From contig PBQQ01000036.1 in the NCBI GenBank assembly GCA_002725095.1, positions 21,573 through 85,572 of the forward strand: DNA of 64,000 bases. Reading direction: 5' to 3'. This document shows positions 10,768 through 20,561 of this stretch, piece after piece (the stretch's first letter is position 1; every line of letters begins with the position of its first letter). Both the position numbers and the translations under genes were made by a program. A model generated the notes under the pieces. It searched no databases, had not been told where the DNA came from, and was given only the letters and a program-made list of their open reading frames with translations. The stretch is from Gammaproteobacteria bacterium (lineage in GTDB: Bacteria > Pseudomonadota > Gammaproteobacteria > Pseudomonadales > Azotimanducaceae).

Positions 10768-12117
10768 TTAGCCAAATAGCCGCGTTAGATCGTTAAACGT
10801 GACTAGCACAAACATAATCCCAACCAACAGCAGACCCAGCTGCGCTGCCCCTTGCTGCAAACGCTCAGAGACGGGCGACCCTTTAATGGCTTCAATCACT
10901 ATAAGCACCACTTGGCCACCATCCAATAATGGCACGGGGAGCAGATTCAAAACACCCAACGAGATGCTCATAAGTGCCATAACACCAAAGAACATCTGCC
11001 AACTCGTTTTAACGGTATCACCCGCAATCTGTGCAATTCCTACGGGACCAACAAGGTTTTGCACCGACAACAGCCCTACAACCATTTTCTTTACCATGCT
11101 GAGCGTCATAACCGTTTTATCGACAGTCTCAACAGCACCCTTCCAAAACGCCTGTAAGGGCTCAAAGCGCACTTCGATAACCGCTGGACCCACGCCAAGA
11201 AACCCTATGGTATCGCCCGCCGAGGTCGTTCGCGCGGCCGGCGTAACCGACAATTGCAATTCCTGCCCAGAACGCATAACAGTAATTATCAGCGGTATCT
11301 GCGGATGCGCAACAATTTCATCAACCCACTGACGCCAACTGCTGATTTCGCGATCGTTCACGCCAATAACCCAATCATTGGCCCGCAAACCCGCGCGGTC
11401 GGCAGGTGAATCGTCTACAACATTGCCAACAACGCTCAGCAACGCCGGCTGCAAACCTAAGTCGCCCAGAACGTCAGGCTGAGCCTCTCCCTGCAACCAC
11501 GTGGAGATGGGCAACTGCAACGTTTGGCCGCGACCGGTACGTAAATTTTGCACCTCCAGCTCAATCGTGCCACTTTCACCTAAGCGATCACTGAGCGACA
11601 TGAGCACACTTTGCCAGCCGGCAACGTCACCACCGTCGACCCGCACCACCCGAGCCGGCGCGTTCAGTCCAGCCTGAGCCAGCTTGGTGTCTACTTTAGG
11701 CGCTTGAGTAGTCGGCGCATATTCGGTGGTACCCGCAATAAAGAGCAACGCATAGACCACTGCTGCAAGAACAAAGTTGGCCAGCGGCCCTGCAACGGCA
11801 ATGGCGATTTTCCAGCCCGGTGACAAACTCGAATGCGCCACCGCATCGGCCGGCACCGCCGCCATTCCTTGCAGGCTCTCGGCGTCATCACGATCATCGT
11901 ACATCCGTACATAACCGCCTAAGGGAATCATCGAGAGTTTAAAGGTGGTCCCGCGTTTATCGACTCGACTGAGCAGAGCTTTACCGAAGCCGACAGAAAA
12001 ACTCAAAACATGGACACCGGAAAAGCGCGCAACAATGAAATGGCCGAACTCATGCACCACTACGAGCACGCCCAGTAAACCGGCAAACGCGAGCGGATAA
12101 AGCAGCCAATCCATCAT
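10768..12117 (-). CDS. rseP: RIP metalloprotease RseP
   Basis: HEFGH, FSVGFG, IPLGGYVRM, AGPLANF, two PDZ domains, NLLPVPLLDGG; ATGA overlap with cdsA stop. Confidence 0.96.
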   Translation of the reverse strand: MMDWLLYPLAFAGLLGVLVVVHEFGHFIVARFSGVHVLSFSVGFGKALLSRVDKRGTTFKLSMIPLGGYVRMYDDRDDAESLQGMAAVPADAVAHSSLSPGWKIAIAVAGPLANFVLAAVVYALLFIAGTTEYAPTTQAPKVDTKLAQAGLNAPARVVRVDGGDVAGWQSVLMSLSDRLGESGTIELEVQNLRTGRGQTLQLPISTWLQGEAQPDVLGDLGLQPALLSVVGNVVDDSPADRAGLRANDWVIGVNDREISSWRQWVDEIVAHPQIPLIITVMRSGQELQLSVTPAARTTSAGDTIGFLGVGPAVIEVRFEPLQAFWKGAVETVDKTVMTLSMVKKMVVGLLSVQNLVGPVGIAQIAGDTVKTSWQMFFGVMALMSISLGVLNLLPVPLLDGGQVVLIVIEAIKGSPVSERLQQGAAQLGLLLVGIMFVLVTFNDLTRLFG

Positions 12118-12905
12118 GTTAAAAGCGCCCATGCCAGAAGCGGCAATACCGCAATGATTGAGTCTATACGATCCAAAACACCTCCATGCCCCGGCAACAA
12201 ACCACCAGAATCTTTGAGCCCAGTCGCCCGCTTCAACAGGCTTTCAAAAAGGTCGCCAAATACCGCCACCACTATGAGCCCAATGGTCAGTATCAAGGCA
12301 GCGAATATCGACCACTCACTGAATACAAACAATGCGGTAAGACACATGCTCGACGCCAGCAGAAGCCCTCCGAAAGCGCCTTCCCACGTCTTACCGGGGC
12401 TCAGCGAAGGCGCCAATTTACGCCGACCCAGCGCACGACCACTAAAGAAGGCCCCGACGTCTGTCGCGGTAGTTAATACGAGCAACCAAAGTAACCAGTA
12501 CTGCCCTGATGGCATTTCGCGAATCGCCATTAAACTGCACCAAGCGCCTACCATAAGCAGCTGCCCAACAAGGCCGATAAGCCAGGAGCGGGTGTACAGA
12601 CTACGACCCCTAGGATAAACCAACACTAGGACAATCGCGCCAAGCCAAACCACCCCAACCGTCTGAATAATCGGACTGTAAAGCCCTTCACTGACAAAAA
12701 TTAAGCCAATGAGTGCTGCGTAAATCGCCACATAACCAATACGCAGAGCCTTGTTCGGAACGCGCAAAAAACCCGACCATTCATAAACGCCAGCACCTGC
12801 CGCGACACCAAACGTCACAGCGAAACCCCATATCGGCAACAAAAATATAGCCGCTAAAGCGAACGCCGCCAAGCACAATGCCGTAATCACTCTTCGCAGC
12901 AGCAT
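12114..12905 (-). CDS. cdsA: Phosphatidate cytidylyltransferase
   Basis: SPGKTWEG, GDLFESLLKR..G.KDSG.LLPGHGGVLDRIDS. Confidence 0.97.
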   Translation of the reverse strand: MLLRRVITALCLAAFALAAIFLLPIWGFAVTFGVAAGAGVYEWSGFLRVPNKALRIGYVAIYAALIGLIFVSEGLYSPIIQTVGVVWLGAIVLVLVYPRGRSLYTRSWLIGLVGQLLMVGAWCSLMAIREMPSGQYWLLWLLVLTTATDVGAFFSGRALGRRKLAPSLSPGKTWEGAFGGLLLASSMCLTALFVFSEWSIFAALILTIGLIVVAVFGDLFESLLKRATGLKDSGGLLPGHGGVLDRIDSIIAVLPLLAWALLT

Positions 12906-12917
12906 GACCTGCCCGAC

Positions 12918-13676
12918 CTATGCGCGACGCCCAAACCGACGCAAGCGCGCTGAAAAGGTCTCTACCGCGCTGCGTAAATGACCGCCGTCAAATTCTGGCC
13001 AAAACGCCTCTGTAAAATACAATTCCGTGTAGGCAATATCCCAAAGCATAAAGTTACTGACCCGAAAATCGCCCCCCGTGCGGATGAGCAAATCAGGTTC
13101 AGGCAGGTCACCCAATGACATGTGCTGATGCAACATACTTTCGTTTATATCGTCGGCGGCGATCTCGCCATTTTGCACCCGCAACGCCAGCGCTTTACTG
13201 GCTTCAACGATGTCCCAACGGCCACCATAATTTACCGCAACATTAAGATTCAGACGTTGGTTGTTCCGAGTGAGCGCTTCGCAGTCATCCATCATCTCGT
13301 GGATATCCTCAGCAAAACGACTGCGGTCACCAATAATGCGGAGCTTTACACCCTGAGCATGCAGATCTTCTATGTCGGTGCGCATGACATACCGCATCAA
13401 ATCCATGAGCATGCTGACTTCACCTTCTGGGCGATACCAGTTCTCTGTGCTAAAGGCGAACAGAGTGAGATTTTTGATCCCCATTTCAACACACGCTTCG
13501 CTGATAACACGCACACCTTTAGCCCCCGCTCGATGCCCTGCGGCACCAGGCAGATGGCGTTTTTTCGCCCAGCGATGATTACCATCCATAATGATGCCGA
13601 CATGCTTGGGCACCATGTCCGCGCTGTTCGCTGCCGCGAGGTCCTCTGGGGCTTGAACTGTAATTTCGGGCGTCAT
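12918..13676 (-). CDS. uppS: Undecaprenyl diphosphate synthase
   Basis: HVGIIMDGNHRWA, FAFSTENW.RP, NYGGR, PDLLIRTGG..R.SNF. Confidence 0.97.
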   Translation of the reverse strand: MTPEITVQAPEDLAAANSADMVPKHVGIIMDGNHRWAKKRHLPGAAGHRAGAKGVRVISEACVEMGIKNLTLFAFSTENWYRPEGEVSMLMDLMRYVMRTDIEDLHAQGVKLRIIGDRSRFAEDIHEMMDDCEALTRNNQRLNLNVAVNYGGRWDIVEASKALALRVQNGEIAADDINESMLHQHMSLGDLPEPDLLIRTGGDFRVSNFMLWDIAYTELYFTEAFWPEFDGGHLRSAVETFSARLRRFGRRA

Positions 13677-13692
13677 GAGCAGCGTTTAGGAC

Positions 13693-14250
13693 TTAGATTT
13701 CCATCAGTTCGGCTTCTTTAGCCGCCAACACTTTGTCAACGTCACCAACGTTTTGGTCGGTCAGCACTTGCGCACGCTCTTCTCCGCGCCGCGCATCATC
13801 CTCTGCTGCCATTTTTTCCTTAACTAAATCACGAATATCGGCGATTGCGTCGCGCCGAATGTTGCGAATAGACACCCTGCTACTTTCGGCCTCAGCTCGA
13901 GCCTGTTTGGCAAGATCACGCCTGTTCTCTTCTGTTAGCGGAGGCAGGGGTACACGCACAACATCGCCACTACCAATCGGTGTAATGCCAAGGTCACTGC
14001 GCAGAATTGCTTTCTCAATTTCCGGCAACAGCGGTTTTTCCCAGGGCGACAAAACCAAGGTGCGTGCATCTTCTACCGAGATTGACGCGACCTGATTGAG
14101 TGGCGTCGGAGCGCCGTAATAATCTACGGTGATCCCGTCTAATAACGCGGGGTTCGCCCGTCCAGTACGAATTTTTGCAAACGCGCCATGCAGGGCATCT
14201 AGAGTTTTGCCCATGCGCTCTTTGGCATCATCAAGAATTTCGTCAATCAT
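13693..14250 (-). CDS. frr: Ribosome recycling factor
   Basis: IRTGRANP, VDYYG, PPLTEE.R, IRNIRRD; ATG 14250 gives a typical 185 aa (ORF track 14259). Confidence 0.97.
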   Translation of the reverse strand: MIDEILDDAKERMGKTLDALHGAFAKIRTGRANPALLDGITVDYYGAPTPLNQVASISVEDARTLVLSPWEKPLLPEIEKAILRSDLGITPIGSGDVVRVPLPPLTEENRRDLAKQARAEAESSRVSIRNIRRDAIADIRDLVKEKMAAEDDARRGEERAQVLTDQNVGDVDKVLAAKEAELMEI

Positions 14251-14355
14251 GATCTTCATTCCAAAGTGTTATGCACGCTGGAGATTCCATCGCGCATGCT
14301 GCGCATTATGCGCCAAAACCTTGTTTACACCAGAGCACTAAGTTCAGCCCCTTCT

Positions 14356-15072
14356 CTAACCGGTGGCCTTCGCATCGTCGACCCGTGTCCCAACCTGTTC
14401 CCCGGCAGCAAGGCGCGTAAGCGTCCGCGATTCAGAAGCATCAAACACGATCAACGGCAGCGCATTCTCTTTGCACAATACAATGGCGGTCAAATCCATG
14501 ACCGCAAGTTCCTGCTCCAACACTTCTTGATAAGTGATGCGCTCAAAACGCACCGCAGCTGAGTCTTTTCTTGGATCAGCGGAATACACACCGTCAACAT
14601 TAGTTGCCTTCAAAACCGCGTCCACACCAAGCTCAACACCGCGCAAACACGCTGCCGTATCAGTGGTAAAAAAGGGATTGCCGGTACCGCCGGTTAGTAT
14701 CACGACATCGCCACGATGCACGGCATCGCGGGCTAAATCTCGCTGATAACCATCGACCATGCCCGCCATAGGGATCGCACTGAACAATTTGCTGGCAATA
14801 CCACGGCGTTGCAGGAAATCATTGAGCGCCAGTCCATTCATTACCGTCGCGAGCATACCCATGCGATCGCCAACAACGCGATCCATTCCAGCCTGCGCCA
14901 AGTGCGCGCCACGAAATAGATTGCCGCCGCCCAAAACCACTGCTAATTGAATGCCCTCGCGTACCGCTGCCTCAATCTCATCACAGTAGTGCTTAAGCAC
15001 GCTGGGCTCGATCCCCACACCGGCATCACCACCAAGCGCTTCACCGCTGAGCTTGAGCAGGTAACGGGTCAA
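14356..15072 (-). CDS. pyrH: Uridylate kinase
   Basis: LLKLSGEAL, GGGNLFRG, GMLATVMN, GTGNPFFTTDTAA. Confidence 0.97.
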   Translation of the reverse strand: MTRYLLKLSGEALGGDAGVGIEPSVLKHYCDEIEAAVREGIQLAVVLGGGNLFRGAHLAQAGMDRVVGDRMGMLATVMNGLALNDFLQRRGIASKLFSAIPMAGMVDGYQRDLARDAVHRGDVVILTGGTGNPFFTTDTAACLRGVELGVDAVLKATNVDGVYSADPRKDSAAVRFERITYQEVLEQELAVMDLTAIVLCKENALPLIVFDASESRTLTRLAAGEQVGTRVDDAKATG

Positions 15073-15073
15073 A

Positions 15074-15943
15074 CTAGTCGTTACCTGCTACCTGAGCCGC
15101 AACCTCGGCGGCGAAATCTGTGGCTTCGACTTCGATGCCCTCGCCCACCTCATAACGTGCGAACGACACCACTTCAGTACCTGCATCAGCAACAAGTTTG
15201 CCAACTTTGATATCACCGTCCTTAACAAAGGGCTGATCTAACAAACTTACTTCTGCCAGAAATTTCTTAACGCGGCCCTCCACCATCTTGACAACAATGT
15301 CTTCTGGCTTACCACTTTCTGCCGCCTGAGAGGTGAAAATCTCTCGCTCTTTTGCCAACACATCCGGCGCTACATCCTCGCTGCGCACAACCATTGGATT
15401 GACAGCAACCACATGCATAGCAATATCTCGGCCCAATTCGGCATTAGCCCCGGCAAGATTGACCAAGGCACCGCGCCGCTGATCGCCATGCATATACTGA
15501 CTGATGCCACCCGCTGCAGATTCAACAACTTCACCACGGCGAATGGTTATATTTTCGCCAATTTCTTGTACCAGAGTTTCACGCTCGGCGTTCAAGTCAC
15601 CCGCTGCAAGTGCCGACAAGTCGCCATCGGTCGACTCGAAGAGTTGTTCTGTGACCTTAGCCACAAACGCGATGAATTTTTCGTTTTTTGCCGCGAAGTC
15701 GGTCTCGATATTAATCTCTACGATCGCGCCACGGGTACCGTCTGCAGCCACATGCATGCCGAGCAAACCGTTGGCGGTCGTGCGACCCGCTTTTTTTGCA
15801 GCCTTTAACGAACTTTTTTTGCGCAACTCCTCAATAGCTTTTTCCATATCGCCGTCGGCTTCAGTCAACGCACGTTTGCAATCCATCATTCCCAGGCCAG
15901 TACGCTCTCTGAGCTCTTTGACCATTGCTGCGGAAATTGCCAT
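15074..15943 (-). CDS. tsf: Elongation factor Ts
   Basis: VKELRERTG.GMMDCK.AL, E.N.ETDFAA, IAMH, downstream of rpsB. Confidence 0.98.
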   Translation of the reverse strand: MAISAAMVKELRERTGLGMMDCKRALTEADGDMEKAIEELRKKSSLKAAKKAGRTTANGLLGMHVAADGTRGAIVEINIETDFAAKNEKFIAFVAKVTEQLFESTDGDLSALAAGDLNAERETLVQEIGENITIRRGEVVESAAGGISQYMHGDQRRGALVNLAGANAELGRDIAMHVVAVNPMVVRSEDVAPDVLAKEREIFTSQAAESGKPEDIVVKMVEGRVKKFLAEVSLLDQPFVKDGDIKVGKLVADAGTEVVSFARYEVGEGIEVEATDFAAEVAAQVAGND

Positions 15944-15946
15944 CTT

Positions 15947-16816
15947 TTACTCCTTGTCTGCGTCTGCTGCAGCGGCGGCGGCCTGTTCTGCGGCCTCCTG
16001 CGCTGCTTTTTCCTCATCTTCTGCTGCGAAGGTCTGATTAACGCTGGCGGCTACCGCCTCCGATATTTCAGCAACTGGAGGCGCGACTTCAGACTCTTCG
16101 ACTTCCACAAATTCGTCTTCGCTGACCGTCACTTGAGCATTCGCTTTGCCCTCCGCGACGCTGTCGGCTACCGCCGTTACGTATAAACGAATCGCGCGAA
16201 TCGCGTCGTCATTGCCTGGAATAACATAGTCGACCCCAGCTGGGTCGCTATTGGTATCGACAATCCCGAATACGGGAATACCTAATTTGTTGGCTTCGGC
16301 CACGGCGATACGCTCGTGCTGAACATCAACCACAAACAACGCATCAGGCAGTCCGCCCATGTCCTTAATACCACCCAAGCTGCTGTGGAGCTTGTTCATC
16401 ATGCGCGTACGCTGCAGCGCTTCCTTTTTTGACAGCAGATCGAACGTACCATCGGCAGACTGGGTTTCCAGATCCTGCAGTCGGCGGATCGATTGGCGAA
16501 TGGTTTTGTAGTTGGTCAACATACCGCCCAACCAGCGCTGATCGACAAATGGCATACCCACTCGACTGGCCTGTTCTTGGATGACCTTGGCTGCAGCACG
16601 CTTAGTACCGACAAAGAGGATTTTTTGTCCGCGTGACGACAAATTACGCATTTCAATCAGCGCGTCGTTGAACGCCGGCAGGGTTTTTTCAAGATTAACG
16701 ATGTGAATCTTGTTGCGAGCGCCAAAGATGAAAGGCGCCATCTTGGGGTTCCAGAACCGCGTCTGATGGCCAAAATGCACACCAGCCGCAAGCATATCGC
16801 GCATGCTTACACTCAT
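15947..16816 (-). CDS. rpsB: 30S ribosomal protein S2 with acidic Ala/Glu-rich C-terminal extension
   Basis: [38 protein letters not shown]. Confidence 0.98.
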   Translation of the reverse strand: MSVSMRDMLAAGVHFGHQTRFWNPKMAPFIFGARNKIHIVNLEKTLPAFNDALIEMRNLSSRGQKILFVGTKRAAAKVIQEQASRVGMPFVDQRWLGGMLTNYKTIRQSIRRLQDLETQSADGTFDLLSKKEALQRTRMMNKLHSSLGGIKDMGGLPDALFVVDVQHERIAVAEANKLGIPVFGIVDTNSDPAGVDYVIPGNDDAIRAIRLYVTAVADSVAEGKANAQVTVSEDEFVEVEESEVAPPVAEISEAVAASVNQTFAAEDEEKAAQEAAEQAAAAAADADKE

Positions 16817-16824
16817 AACTTTTC

Positions 16825-16910
16825 TCTCCGGGTTGATTTATTACACGATTTCCCAGACTCAAACTCGCGACCAAAGCCCCAAGCACCCGTGAGTCTGTGA
16901 CGAAACCGGC
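16825..16910 (-). ncRNA. S2 autoregulatory leader (t44/rpsB leader-like cis element)
   Basis: Minus strand: CGGTTTC(16908-16902) pairs with GAAATCG(16852-16846); CAGACTC(16897-16891) pairs with GAGTCTG(16860-16854); conserved GGGTG (16888-16884) and downstream AACCC (16834-16830), as in gammaproteobacterial rpsB leaders. Confidence 0.75.
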
Positions 16911-17093
16911 AACATTATTTGCGCTCGCCATGCGAGTGCTTAATTTGCCATGTCAGTCGGCTGCTATCATCCATCTATCAGCACAGCTTTATCTGCTGCA
17001 ACGGAACAGGATTTAGAGCCCCTGTCACTGTCTTTACACCATCCATCCATCCATGTGAATTCAACTGAATTCGCCAATCTCATGGACTCTGAA

Positions 17094-17110
17094 CGGCGCG
17101 CTTTATACCA
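17094..17110 (-). promoter_or_regulatory. rpsB-tsf promoter (extended -10 with GC-rich discriminator)
   Basis: Minus strand TGGTATAAAGCGCGCCG, matching the conserved gammaproteobacterial rpsB promoter core. Confidence 0.8.
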
Positions 17111-17141
17111 TAACCGCTCAGCTATAGAAATGAGTTTTGAT

Positions 17142-17930
17142 ATGGTGGCACGGATCGAGAACGAGACCGATCTGGCAGGCATGCGCAGTGCTGGAAAAAA
17201 AGCCGCAGCCGTCCTCAATATGATTGGTCCACACGTGCAACCTGGTGTGACAACCGATCATTTGAACCAGCTGTGCCACGACTATATCGTCAACGAACTG
17301 CACTGCGTTCCTGCTCCACTCAATTATGGCGGCGGGGGTGGGCAGGAGCCGTTCCCTAAGTCCATCTGTACTTCGGTCAACCATGTGGTCTGTCACGGTA
17401 TTCCATCGCCAAGCAAGAAACTGAAAAACGGCGATGTATTGAATATAGACATCACCGTAATCGACAACGGTTACCACGGTGACAGCAGCAAAATGTTCTT
17501 CGCTGGCGAACCCAGCGTGCTGGCTAAACGCCTTTCTAAGGTCACCCAAGATTGCCTCTATCGAGGCATCGACGTCGTGCGGCCCGGAGCAAGACTCGGC
17601 GATATCGGTCATGCCATTCAAAGTTACGCCGAAGCCCAGCGCTTTACTGTCGTACGTGAGTTTTGCGGACACGGCATCGGCAAAGACTTTCATGACGAAC
17701 CACAAATATTGCACTACGGAAGGCCTGGAACCGGGCAGATGCTGGAGGAAGGCATGAGTTTTACCATCGAACCCATGATCAATGCGGGTAAACGCCAAAT
17801 AAAGATTTTGCCCGATCAATGGACCGCGGTGACCAAAGATCACAAATTATCCGCCCAATGGGAACACACCCTGATGGTCACCGCAGACGGCACAGAGATT
17901 TTCACGCTACGCGACGAAGAGCAGCTCTAA
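17142..17930 (+). CDS. map: Methionine aminopeptidase type I
   Basis: FPKSICTSVN.VVCHGIP, NIDITV..GYHGD, GHGIG..FH, FTIEPMIN, SAQWEHT; likely start 17142 (or 17130), not 16950. Confidence 0.97.
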   Translation: MVARIENETDLAGMRSAGKKAAAVLNMIGPHVQPGVTTDHLNQLCHDYIVNELHCVPAPLNYGGGGGQEPFPKSICTSVNHVVCHGIPSPSKKLKNGDVLNIDITVIDNGYHGDSSKMFFAGEPSVLAKRLSKVTQDCLYRGIDVVRPGARLGDIGHAIQSYAEAQRFTVVREFCGHGIGKDFHDEPQILHYGRPGTGQMLEEGMSFTIEPMINAGKRQIKILPDQWTAVTKDHKLSAQWEHTLMVTADGTEIFTLRDEEQL

Positions 17931-17934
17931 CTCA

Positions 17935-20556
17935 ATGAAGCTTGCATCCGCCACCGCTATCCGCCGGCAGCGTCTGGCCGAGGGTACAGCGGCCTTAACG
18001 GAGCGCTACTGGCAAAATCACCCTGTCGAAACGCTGATGGACGACTTGACCAACCTCGTCGACAGTCTGGTGCTCGACGCTTGGACGGAGCATCTCGACG
18101 GACAATCCGACGTGGCGCTTTATGCGGTCGGGGGCTATGGACGCCGAGAATTACAACCCGGATCAGACATCGATCTATTGGTATTGGCTAAACGCCCAGA
18201 AAAATTACGCGTACCCATCGAAAGTTTTCTGCGCGATGTGTTCGATTTGAATCTGGAAGTTGGTCACAGTGTTCGCGACCTCAAAGGCTGTCTGCAACAG
18301 GCGCGCGATGACATTACTGTAGCCACCGCATTGTTTGAACGGCGACTCATGGCCGGCGATACTGGGCTCGCGCAAAAACTGGATCAAAAGCTAGCGCCCG
18401 ATCGCGTGGGCTCAGCGGACGACTTTTTTCGAGCCAAATACGCAGAACAAAAAAGTCGCCATGACAATTATCTGGACACCGACTACAACCTTGAACCGAA
18501 TATAAAAACATCCCCCGGTGGTCTGCGCGACATTCATACCGCCCTGTGGATCTGTCTGCGTCAATTCGCCACCACAAACACCGAGGAATTGGTCGCTCTG
18601 GGAATATTAAGCGACCTTGAGCGCCAATGGCTTGAGGACGGGCGCAGGTTTCTTTGGTGGGTGCGTTTTGGCCTACACCTGATTGTTGGCCGCAAAGAGG
18701 ATCATTTGCGGTTCGCGCACCAACGCGAATTGGCCCAGCGACTGGGGTTTATAGATACCGATGCTAAATCCGGCGTCGAGCTGTTTATGCACCACTACTA
18801 CCGCCATGTACTCGCATTGACCGAAGTCAACGACATCATCATTCAATTTTTCCGCGAGCGCTCCGACAAACCCAGACGCGACAAACTCGAACTTATTAAC
18901 AGCGAATTTGCGCTGCGCAACAAACACATCGAAACCCAAAGAGACGACGTGTTTCGCGAGAATCCTGCAGCGTTGCTGGAAATGTTCGTCATCATCGCAC
19001 ACCGCGAGGATGTTGAAGGGGTCAGCGCCGCAACCATTCGCCGCATACGCGAATCACTGCATCTAATCGATGACGAATTTCGTCACAAACCCGAACACAC
19101 GCAGTTGTTCATGCGCTTATTGAAAGCGCCTTTTAACATAGTGACCCAACTCACGCGGATGCGTCGCTACGGCGTGCTTGCGCGTTATATCCCTGAATTC
19201 GCCCAAATAGTTGGGCAAATGCAGCACGACCTGTTTCATGTTTATACAGTAGATGCCCACACCATGATGGTCATCGGCAATATGCGCAGGTTCCGCTATC
19301 CGGAGGCTTTAGTGCACACGCCGGTGGCCCACCACTGCGTGCATGCCATACCAAAACCCGAACTGCTATACATCGCCGGGCTCTATCACGACATTGGAAA
19401 AGGTCGCGGCGGCGACCACTCGGAGCTCGGATCAATCGACGCAAGGCTGTTCTGCGAGCGGCATCAACTCAATACAACAGATACCGACATCGTATGTTGG
19501 CTGGTGGAGCAGCATCTCTGCATGTCGAGTGTGTCTCAACATCAGGACATTTATGACCCGGAGGTGGTGCAGGCCTTTGCGCAGGAGGTACGCTCTGAAA
19601 TGCGCTTGAACTATCTTTATGCGTTAACGGTCGCAGACATAAACGCTACCAACCCGACGCTATGGAACAGCTGGCGTGCGAGTTTGTTGCGGCATTTATA
19701 CAGCGAAACACGCAAAGCTTTGAAAAACGGCCTGGCGTCACTGCCCGATAGGGCCGATGCAATTCAAGCCTGCAAAGAAAGCGCCCTCGAGCGCCTAGTT
19801 GATACGCAAGACGCGCAACCAGAGCAGATTCACGCATTGTGGCAAGATCTGGGCGAGGACCTATTCTTACGTCACCCACCTGCGCAAATCGCACAGTTGA
19901 GTGCACAACTGCTGAACCACGAAAACCCAGAAGAGGTTTTTGTGCATCTTGAGGACACGCCAATTCAGTCCGGCGGAGAAGGTGCAACCCAAATCTATCT
20001 GATGCTACCCGACCGCCCCGGGGTATTCGCAGCAATCGTCACAAGCTTGAGCAAGCTCGATCTGTCTATTGTTGACGCCAGCATTCATACCAGCGCATCG
20101 GGTCGATGCTTTAACGCACTTACCGTGTTAAACCACGAAGGCGAAGCCATTGACGAGCAAACCAGTGCTAGACGGCGTATTTGCGATTCATTAACGACCA
20201 GTCTAAGCGACGAAGTTTTAGATACCGCCGGTGAAGAACGCAGAATACCTCGCCAACTCAGAGAACTGCCTTGGCCAACCGAAGTTGACGTCACCACCGA
20301 GGACGACTTAACCACGATCAGCATTCTGGCCGCGGATCGTCCGGGCTTGCTCGCACACCTAGGCCTGTTGTTTGTGGAAATGAAGCTAACCCTGCGTTCA
20401 GCGCGAATTACCACACTGGGTGAGCGGGTCGAGGACATCTTCATCGTACAAAATGAGCACGGCGAGGGTTTACGCAACAGCGAAGAAATCTACACCTTAA
20501 AACACACCTTGCGGCAAAGGCTCGACAGTGAATTGGGCAAAACAATTGGAGCATAA
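17935..20556 (+). CDS. glnD: Bifunctional [protein-PII] uridylyltransferase/uridylyl-removing enzyme
   Basis: AVGGYGR.EL.P.SDIDL, EPNIK.SPGGLRD, HD domain (HDIGKGRGGDHS), two ACT domains (DRPG, TLGERVED). Confidence 0.97.
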   Translation: MKLASATAIRRQRLAEGTAALTERYWQNHPVETLMDDLTNLVDSLVLDAWTEHLDGQSDVALYAVGGYGRRELQPGSDIDLLVLAKRPEKLRVPIESFLRDVFDLNLEVGHSVRDLKGCLQQARDDITVATALFERRLMAGDTGLAQKLDQKLAPDRVGSADDFFRAKYAEQKSRHDNYLDTDYNLEPNIKTSPGGLRDIHTALWICLRQFATTNTEELVALGILSDLERQWLEDGRRFLWWVRFGLHLIVGRKEDHLRFAHQRELAQRLGFIDTDAKSGVELFMHHYYRHVLALTEVNDIIIQFFRERSDKPRRDKLELINSEFALRNKHIETQRDDVFRENPAALLEMFVIIAHREDVEGVSAATIRRIRESLHLIDDEFRHKPEHTQLFMRLLKAPFNIVTQLTRMRRYGVLARYIPEFAQIVGQMQHDLFHVYTVDAHTMMVIGNMRRFRYPEALVHTPVAHHCVHAIPKPELLYIAGLYHDIGKGRGGDHSELGSIDARLFCERHQLNTTDTDIVCWLVEQHLCMSSVSQHQDIYDPEVVQAFAQEVRSEMRLNYLYALTVADINATNPTLWNSWRASLLRHLYSETRKALKNGLASLPDRADAIQACKESALERLVDTQDAQPEQIHALWQDLGEDLFLRHPPAQIAQLSAQLLNHENPEEVFVHLEDTPIQSGGEGATQIYLMLPDRPGVFAAIVTSLSKLDLSIVDASIHTSASGRCFNALTVLNHEGEAIDEQTSARRRICDSLTTSLSDEVLDTAGEERRIPRQLRELPWPTEVDVTTEDDLTTISILAADRPGLLAHLGLLFVEMKLTLRSARITTLGERVEDIFIVQNEHGEGLRNSEEIYTLKHTLRQRLDSELGKTIGA

Positions 20557-20561
20557 AGGCA

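Noticed and set aside
14296-14320. Possible sigma54 (TTGG-N10-GC) site or palindrome GCGCAT-A-ATGCGC upstream of frr
   Set aside because: The -12 element is a poor match (GCGCA versus TTGCA). It is equally explained by a sigma70 -10 (CATAAT) with a GC-rich discriminator.
15947-16130. Low-complexity Ala/Glu tail of S2
   Set aside because: Acidic C-terminal extensions of S2 are common in many bacteria.
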